From contig CAVUWA010000010.1 in NCBI GenBank assembly GCA_963744995.1, forward strand, positions 320,001-384,000: DNA of 64,000 nt. The letters are read 5' to 3'. The stretch is from Candidatus Eiseniibacteriota bacterium (lineage in GTDB: Bacteria > Eisenbacteria > RBG-16-71-46). The notes below the pieces were generated by a model. The model worked only from the letters and a program-made list of their open reading frames with translations, was not told the origin of the DNA and did no database searches. Below are positions 54,852 through 64,000 of the stretch, piece after piece (within the stretch, counting starts at the first letter, position 1; each line of letters starts with the position of its first letter). The position numbers were made by a program, and so were the translations under genes.

Positions 54852-56296
54852 CGCGCGGCCTTCGCGGCGGTCCCGAAGCGCTCGAGGATCCAGCCGCTCA
54901 CCGCCTCGAGCGCCGCCGGGTCGAAGGTCTCCTCGATGTCCGGGTATTCGGAGGGCAGCCCGGTCTTCGCCGCCTGGAACAGATGGTTGAGGCCCGGCAG
55001 CACCCGCACCCGGGCGTCGCCGCCGGGCGAGCGGGCGAGCGCGCGTGCCATCGGCGCGCGATGCAGTGCGGGCGCGACCTGAAGATCGAGACTCCCGTAG
55101 AGCGCGAGCGCCGGGCAGTCGAGCGCCGCGAGCGCCGGCTGCGGGTCGTAGCGGAGGAAGAAACGGAACCAGGGTGACGTCACCCGGCGCAGCTGGGCGT
55201 CCGCCGCGGCACTGGGGTCGCCGATCTGGCGCCGCTCGGCCTCGGGCAGGTCGTCGATCGTGGCACGGATCAGCGCGCGCACCCGCGGCAGGTCGCGTGC
55301 CGTGTCGGCCGACGCCGCGAGCGCCGCGAAGATGCGCTCCTGCTGCGCGGCCATACGCGCGACCGTCGCCGAATCCTCACCGGCGGCGCGCCGCATCCGC
55401 GCGGACTGATCGAGGATCACCGTCTCGCCGTCGACGGCCGGACCCGCGAGCAACACGACGAACGCGACATCCGGGTCGCGGTCGGCGACGATCGGCGCGA
55501 TCAGTCCGCCTTCGCTGTGCCCGATGAGTCCCACGCGCTTCGGATCGACGCCGTGCTGGCCCCGCAGCCACGCGACGCAGGCGCCGGCGTCGCGGGCGAA
55601 GTCGTCGCTCGTCGCGCCGGCGAAGGAGCCTGTGGAACCGCCCACGCCGCGGTCGTCCACGCGCAGCACGGCGATCCCCTTCCGCGTCAGATGGTCGGCC
55701 AGCACCAGGAACGGCCGGTGGCCGAAGACCTCCTCGTTGCGATCCTGCGGACCCGACCCCGACACCAGCAGGGCGGCCGCGTGCGGCCCGCCGCCCCGGG
55801 GCATGGTGAGCGTGCCGGCGAGCCGGATGCCCCCGCCCGCGTCGACCGTCACCTCGCGCGCCTCGTACGGCAGCGGGCCATGCGGTTCCTGCGGCCGCGG
55901 CGGGGCCGTGGCACTGCCGTGCCCCATCGCGAGCGGCAGCCGGACGCCGTTCTGCCGCCACTCGCCTGCGAGCGAGTCCGGCGCGATCCGCAGCGCGACG
56001 TAGACGCCGCGCACGGCCGGCACCTCCACCGTGAGCGAGTCGCCGCGGGTGACGACGGCGCCGAGGGGAATGTCCTTCGCGCCCTGATCGGGACTGTCGA
56101 GCGTGCCGGTGAGGGCGCCATCGGCGCCCGGATGAAGATGCAGGACGAGGCGCAGACCCGGGCCGATCCGGCCGAGCCAGTCGCCGGCGAACGGGGTCTC
56201 GGCGGCCGCCCCCGGGAGCGGCGCGAGCACCGCGGCCGTCGCGCAGCAGAGCAGCACCCGGGCGCCGGTGATCGCGAGCGAGCGAAGCGGTTGCAT
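54848..56296 (-). CDS. Secreted alpha/beta hydrolase
   Basis: LDSPDQG, GSGPQDRNE, DDRGVG, GHSEGG, DLQV, GLNHLFQ. Confidence 0.92.
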   Translation of the reverse strand: MQPLRSLAITGARVLLCCATAAVLAPLPGAAAETPFAGDWLGRIGPGLRLVLHLHPGADGALTGTLDSPDQGAKDIPLGAVVTRGDSLTVEVPAVRGVYVALRIAPDSLAGEWRQNGVRLPLAMGHGSATAPPRPQEPHGPLPYEAREVTVDAGGGIRLAGTLTMPRGGGPHAAALLVSGSGPQDRNEEVFGHRPFLVLADHLTRKGIAVLRVDDRGVGGSTGSFAGATSDDFARDAGACVAWLRGQHGVDPKRVGLIGHSEGGLIAPIVADRDPDVAFVVLLAGPAVDGETVILDQSARMRRAAGEDSATVARMAAQQERIFAALAASADTARDLPRVRALIRATIDDLPEAERRQIGDPSAAADAQLRRVTSPWFRFFLRYDPQPALAALDCPALALYGSLDLQVAPALHRAPMARALARSPGGDARVRVLPGLNHLFQAAKTGLPSEYPDIEETFDPAALEAVSGWILERFGTAAKAAR

Positions 56297-56346
56297 TCGA
56301 GTCTCCAGGAATTCGCCGGCCGCACGCACTGCGGGGCGACGCGGGC

Positions 56347-56387
56347 AATGTAAAACACGCTTTACAGATTGTCAAGGTCGCTTGACA
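56347..56387 (-). promoter_or_regulatory. Sigma70 promoter overlapped by two tandem palindromic operators
   Basis: TTGACA-17-TACATT; operators TGTAAA-N6-TTTACA (56349-56366) and TGTCAA-N6-TTGACA (56370-56387). Confidence 0.8.
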
Positions 56388-56430
56388 TGGGTGGGTGCGA
56401 AGAAGGCGCCCGACCGGGGCGCCTCTTCGC

Positions 56431-58443
56431 TCAGGCGCGCGTCAGGTACCGCTCGAGCCAGCCCCGGACCTCGCCGTACCAGAACATCGAGTTCCGCGGC
56501 TTGAGAATCCAGTGGTTCTCGTCGGGGAAATGGACCAGCCGTGCAGGGATGCCCTTCGCCTTGAGCACCCCGTAGCACTCGAGCCCCTGGGTGACGGGCA
56601 CGCGGTAGTCCTTCTCGCCGTGCAGCACCAGCATGGGCGTCCTGAAGCCCGCGGCGGTGCGCGCCGGGTTGTAGCGATCGATGCCCTCGAGGCCGTCCCA
56701 TGGCTCGCCGCCCATCGAGCGCGCGCGGCCCTGCGTGACGTCGCTCGCATACTGCGAGAGCAGGTTGTAGACGCCGGCGTGATTGACGATGCAGGCGAAG
56801 CGGTCGGTGTTCCCTTCGATCCACGACGCCATGTAGCCGCCGTAGGAGCCGCCCGCCGCGGCCATCCTCTGCTCGTCCACCCAGCCGGTCGCCACCATGA
56901 CGTCGGTCGCCTTCATCACGTCACGGTAAGGCAGGTCGCCCCAGCCGCCCTGAATGCGCTTCGCGAAGTCCTGTCCCCAGCCGGTCGAGCCCTGGAAGTT
57001 CGGCATCGCCAGGATGTAGCCCGGCGCGGCGAAGGCATGGCCGTTCCAGCGGAAGTGAAACGCGTCCGCGCTCGCGCCGTGCGGGCCGCCGTGCACCATC
57101 ATCACCAGCGGATAACGCGTGCCTTCCTTGAAGCCGGGCGGCAGCACCACGAACATCTGCACCTGCTCGCCTTCCGCGCCTGCGAAGTACATCTCGCGCA
57201 CCTCGCCGGTCGCGAACGCGCTCATCGTCTCCTCGGTGAAACGCGTGACGCGGCGCACGCCCCTGCCGTCGGCGCCCGCAACGTGCACCTCCGGCGCCGC
57301 GCTCAGGTGCTGCAGCTGGAAGAACAGGGTCCCGTTCCGCGCCGCCCGCACGCCGCCGATCGTGCCGCCCTCGACGATGCGTTCGGGGGCGCCTGCACCC
57401 GCCCAGCGGAAGATCGACGTGCGGCCACGGTCCTCGGCATCGAGGAACAGTGCGCCGTCCGCGCCGAACACCCAGTGTGCGGGGGAAAGGTCCCAGTCGG
57501 TGACGAGTTCGCGGTGGGCCTTCGTGGCGCGGTCGTACGCCATCACCCGCACGCGATCGGCGTAGAAGAACGGGTCGTGCTGCATGCCGTAGACGATGGT
57601 CCTGCCGTCCGGCGCATAGCGCGGCGTGTGGTCGTCCGACGGATGGTCGGGGGTGAGGCACGTGGCGGCGCCGCCGGCGAACGGCACCGTGAACAGCGCC
57701 GAGCGCATCAGGTCCCGCTTCGCGCGATCGAGGAAGATACCGCCGTAGACGATCTCACCGCCGTCCGGCGCGATGTCGTAGTTCCCGGTCGGGTCGTTCC
57801 AGTCGAACCACACGGTGGATTCCGGGGTGAGATCGCGCAGGCTGCGCGTGGCGAGATCGATCGTGAACAGATGCGGCACCTCGCCGGTCGTGAGCCAGGT
57901 GTCCCAGTAGCGATAGACGCGTTCCTCGGTGACGTGCGCCTTGACCGGGTCCTGGTCGCGGCGCTCGAGCTCCGCGGCCGTGGCCTCGGGCGTGAGGTGG
58001 TCCACGATGAGCATCCCCGCGAACACCAGTCCCGATCCGTCGGGCAGCCACTTCGGATCGAACGCGCCGAGCGGCAGATCCGTGAGTTTCTCGGCCTCGC
58101 CGCCGTCGAGCGGCATCACGTGCACCTGCGCCTTGCCCCTCGCGTCCTTGCGCGTGAAGGTGACGTGCCGGCCGTCCGGCGAGATCGCGGGCGAGCCGCT
58201 CGACGCATCGGCAGAGGTCAGCGGGCGCGCCGCACCGCTCTCCGCGTCCACGCGCCAGAGCCGGCCACGGCCTTCGTTGGTCTCGAGGTCGTACGTGGTC
58301 ACGGCCACGATCAGCGAGGCGCCGTCGGGCGCGACCTCGGGCGCGCCGACGCGCGGAATCGTCCACAGGTCCTCTGCGGTCATCCGGCGCGGCGCGCTGC
58401 GTTCGGGATGGAGCGAAACGACGTTCGAAGCGGTGACGGGCAT
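56431..58443 (-). CDS. S9 family peptidase (dipeptidyl aminopeptidase/acylaminoacyl peptidase)
   Basis: Beta-propeller plus HGGPH, GGSYGG, DYRVP, ENHW. Confidence 0.95.
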   Translation of the reverse strand: MPVTASNVVSLHPERSAPRRMTAEDLWTIPRVGAPEVAPDGASLIVAVTTYDLETNEGRGRLWRVDAESGAARPLTSADASSGSPAISPDGRHVTFTRKDARGKAQVHVMPLDGGEAEKLTDLPLGAFDPKWLPDGSGLVFAGMLIVDHLTPEATAAELERRDQDPVKAHVTEERVYRYWDTWLTTGEVPHLFTIDLATRSLRDLTPESTVWFDWNDPTGNYDIAPDGGEIVYGGIFLDRAKRDLMRSALFTVPFAGGAATCLTPDHPSDDHTPRYAPDGRTIVYGMQHDPFFYADRVRVMAYDRATKAHRELVTDWDLSPAHWVFGADGALFLDAEDRGRTSIFRWAGAGAPERIVEGGTIGGVRAARNGTLFFQLQHLSAAPEVHVAGADGRGVRRVTRFTEETMSAFATGEVREMYFAGAEGEQVQMFVVLPPGFKEGTRYPLVMMVHGGPHGASADAFHFRWNGHAFAAPGYILAMPNFQGSTGWGQDFAKRIQGGWGDLPYRDVMKATDVMVATGWVDEQRMAAAGGSYGGYMASWIEGNTDRFACIVNHAGVYNLLSQYASDVTQGRARSMGGEPWDGLEGIDRYNPARTAAGFRTPMLVLHGEKDYRVPVTQGLECYGVLKAKGIPARLVHFPDENHWILKPRNSMFWYGEVRGWLERYLTRA

Positions 58444-58695
58444 GGAGGCCTCCGGGAGAAGACAGGGATTGCGCCGCAGTTTAGCGCAATCGCGGTGCAG
58501 GCGGACGCCGGGGCGTGGCCGGCCCCGGGGCGGCGCGCCCGGCGGAATCGCCCGCACCGGCAGGCGCGCCCCCGAATCGAACTCCAACGGGGCCGGAAGG
58601 CCGCGCAGGCGGACCGCGCCGCGCGCCCGGGGCGCCCTGCGCCGCCCCGCCCCGGTCTGCTATCTTCGCGTTCAAACCCCGTGAGAGGAACCCTG

Positions 58696-61440
<2,745 letters not shown>

Positions 61441-61526
61441 GTTCCCGCCGAACGTGCGTCGCACGGCCTCCCGGCCCCGCCGGGGGGCCGTTCGCAGGAT
61501 GGGGCCGGTGACGTAGAATCCGCGCC

Positions 61527-63176
61527 ATGCCGACGCCCAGCGACACCCTGAGGAGCGGACAGGCGGCGCTCGCCCGCGGCGCATGGGATGACGCCCGCAT
61601 CGCGTTCGAGGCGGCCCTCGCCGCGCGCGAATCCGCAGAGGCGCGCGAGGGGCTCGGCTGGGCGCGATGGTGGCTCGACGATCCGCACGGGTCGTTCGCC
61701 GCACGCGAGGAAGCCTACCGGCGGTACCTCGCCGAAGCGCGGCCATGCGACGCGGCGCGCATCGCCACGTCGCTGGCCGTGGACATCTACGACTATCAGG
61801 GAAGCGCCGTGGCCGCCGGGTGGCTCGAGCGTGCGCGCCGCCACCTCGAAGGCCAGCCGCGCTCGGCCGAGCACGGCTGGCTGGCGCTCTGGGACGGCCA
61901 CTTCGCGCGCTTCACCCGCAGCGATGTCGAAGGTTCGCGCCGCAGGGGACGCGAGGCCCTCGAGATCGCGCGCGAACTCGGCCTGCGCGACCTCGAGATG
62001 CTCGCCATCGGCCTCGAAGGGCACGCGCTCGTGAGCGAGGGCCAGGTCGAGGAAGGCATGCGCCGCCTCGACGAGGCGATCGCCGCCGCGATCGCCGGCG
62101 AGATCACCGACCTCGGTGCGGCCGGCGCCGCGTGCTGCTTCCTGATGCACGCGTGCGAGCAGGTGCGCGACTACGACCGCGCCACCCAGTGGGCCGATCG
62201 GGTCGCCGAGTTCAGCCGGCGCTGGAGCATCCGCCCGCTGTTCGCGATCTGCCGCGTGCACTACGCCGCGGTGCTGACCGGACGCGGGGAGTGGACGGCG
62301 GCCGAGACCGAGTTCGACCGCTCGCTGGCCGAGCTCGGCCCCGCGCGCGGCCCGGCGCGCAGTGAAGCCGTGCTGTTCCTCGGCGAGCTGCGCCGGCGCC
62401 AGGGCCGGTTCGACGAGGCGCTCGCCCTGTTCGACGAGGTGGAGAGCATGTCGCTCGCGCTCTACGGACGCGCCGCCATCGCCGTGGACCGCGGTGACGC
62501 CGCCGCCGCGGTCGCGCTGCTCGACCGCGCCCTGCGACGGGTCGCGGCCGACAACTGGACGGTGCGGAGCACGATCCTCGACCTGCTGACGCGATCGCAC
62601 ATCGCGCTCGGTCACGACGCCGAGGTCGCGAGCACGCTCGAAACGCTGCAGTCGGTCGCCGATCTGGTGCGGACGCATCACGTGCGCGGCATGGCGCGCC
62701 ACGCCGCCGGCCTCTGGATGCACGCCCGCGGCGAGCACGATGCCGCGCGGCGGGCGATCGAGGACGCCGTGGACCTGTTCCGCGAGGCGCCCGCCCCCTA
62801 CGAATCCAATCGCGCGCGCATGGACCTGGCCGAGGTGCTCGCCGCCGCCGGCCGCGCCGACGAGGCCCGGCGCGAAGCGGCGGCCGCGCGCGAGGCGTTC
62901 GAGAAGCTGGGCGCCGCGCACGACGCTGCGCACGCCGCGGCGTTCCGCGTCGCGCCGGCGACGGGCGGCGGGGCGGCCGACCCGGGCCCGATCTCCCGCC
63001 GCGAAGCCGAAGTGCTCGCCCTCGTCGCCGAGGGCCTCGCCGACCGTGAGATCGCGGCCCGCCTCCATCTCAGCGAACACACGGTGCACCGGCACGTCTC
63101 CAACATCATGTTGAAGCTCGAGGTGCCCTCGCGCGCGGCCGCCGTCGCCCAGGCCGTGCGGCGCGGCATCATCTAG
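61527..63176 (+). CDS. TPR-containing LuxR family transcriptional regulator
   Basis: Helical repeats plus C-terminal ISRREAEVL...IAARLHLSEHTVHRHVSNI. Confidence 0.9.
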   Translation: MPTPSDTLRSGQAALARGAWDDARIAFEAALAARESAEAREGLGWARWWLDDPHGSFAAREEAYRRYLAEARPCDAARIATSLAVDIYDYQGSAVAAGWLERARRHLEGQPRSAEHGWLALWDGHFARFTRSDVEGSRRRGREALEIARELGLRDLEMLAIGLEGHALVSEGQVEEGMRRLDEAIAAAIAGEITDLGAAGAACCFLMHACEQVRDYDRATQWADRVAEFSRRWSIRPLFAICRVHYAAVLTGRGEWTAAETEFDRSLAELGPARGPARSEAVLFLGELRRRQGRFDEALALFDEVESMSLALYGRAAIAVDRGDAAAAVALLDRALRRVAADNWTVRSTILDLLTRSHIALGHDAEVASTLETLQSVADLVRTHHVRGMARHAAGLWMHARGEHDAARRAIEDAVDLFREAPAPYESNRARMDLAEVLAAAGRADEARREAAAAREAFEKLGAAHDAAHAAAFRVAPATGGGAADPGPISRREAEVLALVAEGLADREIAARLHLSEHTVHRHVSNIMLKLEVPSRAAAVAQAVRRGII

Positions 63177-63281
63177 CCCGCGAGCGCCGCCGCGCCGCTG
63201 GGGCGCGGGATCCTCCACTCCCGCGCCGCCGCAGGGAACTGTGCCCCGCGCCCGGGTTCCGGGCCCCCTTGCGCCGCCCGC

Positions 63282-63334
63282 TGGCCGATTCCGGCCATTC
63301 CCGCGGTGCGCCCGAATTTGGCGGATTCGGGCGA
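63282..63334 (+). promoter_or_regulatory. Two related 16-bp boxes upstream of the DUF1326 gene
   Basis: TGGCCGATTCCGGCCA (63282-63297, palindromic) and TGGCGGATTCGGGCGA (63319-63334). Confidence 0.5.
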
Positions 63335-63405
63335 AGCGGACCATGGGGCCCGGCGCCGATGATGACCCCGTTCACCGTGATCCCCCCGGACTCGAGGAGG
63401 TCGTC

Positions 63406-64000
63406 ATGCACCGGTTGCTTCGTCCCGCCGCCGCGCTCGCGCTGCTGGTCGCGCTCGCGCCTTTCCTCTCCCCGCACGCGACCCGCGCCGCGGACGACAC
63501 CTGGCAGTTCGACGGATCGCTGTCCGACGCCTGCCAGTGCGACGTGTTCTGCCCGTGCGAGTTCGCGCGCAAGCCCAGCTACGGCCATTGCGACGACACC
63601 GCGATCCTGCACGTCGATCACGGCCACTACGGCGACGTGAAGCTCGACGGCATGCACGTCGTGGTGGTTTCGCAGAGCCCCGAGGGCGAGCGACTCGTCG
63701 ACACGGTCGGGCGGCTCAACTTCGCCCACCTCTACGTGCCGGAGCAGGCCAGCGACGCGCAGGCCCACGCCCTCGCGATGCTGGCGCGTCAGGTCTTCGG
63801 GCAGTGGGTGAACGGCAAGGTCGCCCGCATCTCGCCCGAGGAATCGGTGCAGAAGGTCCCGATGGAGATCGCCATCGAACCGACGCGTCACCGGGTCCGG
63901 ATTCCCGACGTGCTCGATCTCGACATCGAGGCGCTGGTCGGCTGGGACGGCAGGAACCCGGTCAGGGTCAGCAACGGTCCGGCGGCCGGGCCCGGCGTCG
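63406..64000 (+). CDS. Secreted DUF1326 domain protein, partial
   Basis: Not in ORF track. RBS GAGGAGG, ATG 63406; signal peptide then DACQCDVFCPC...PSYGHC...GHYGDVKLDG. Confidence 0.85.
   Translation, partial: MHRLLRPAAALALLVALAPFLSPHATRAADDTWQFDGSLSDACQCDVFCPCEFARKPSYGHCDDTAILHVDHGHYGDVKLDGMHVVVVSQSPEGERLVDTVGRLNFAHLYVPEQASDAQAHALAMLARQVFGQWVNGKVARISPEESVQKVPMEIAIEPTRHRVRIPDVLDLDIEALVGWDGRNPVRVSNGPAAGPGV

Overview
High-GC (roughly 70% by eye) bacterial chromosome segment with about 52 CDS and one tRNA-Lys(CTT). I saw no integrase, transposase, CRISPR array, rRNA or prophage. A FlgD-Ig-tailed secreted protein, several DUF4097 proteins, a kinase-TolB fusion and a TonB-dependent receptor point to a diderm, possibly near Ca. 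Eisenbacteria or Gemmatimonadota (inference only). Recognisable genes are hisS-aspS, clpB, aceE and an uppS-like gene, plus an ECF sigma/anti-sigma/DUF4097 operon, GH15 and MGH1 hydrolases and a sigma54 two-component system. Two candidates stand out as possibly undescribed. (1) A sigma54 regulon around a Cys-rich PAS kinase and NtrC-type regulator. It includes an unannotated structured RNA of about 200 nt (12400->12200, minus strand) with its own -24/-12 promoter, IHF-like site and terminator, a pseudo-receiver protein and a USP/acyl-CoA ligase operon. (2) A PTS-EIIA-led operon of three HyfE-, HyfB/NuoL- and NuoN-like membrane proteins that have lost canonical proton-pumping Glu/Lys residues and have no redox partners nearby. 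Also noted: tandem beta-helix paralogues next to polysaccharide-type genes, several apparently leaderless genes and clear operator palindromes. All family calls are from motif recognition by eye; no searches were run.
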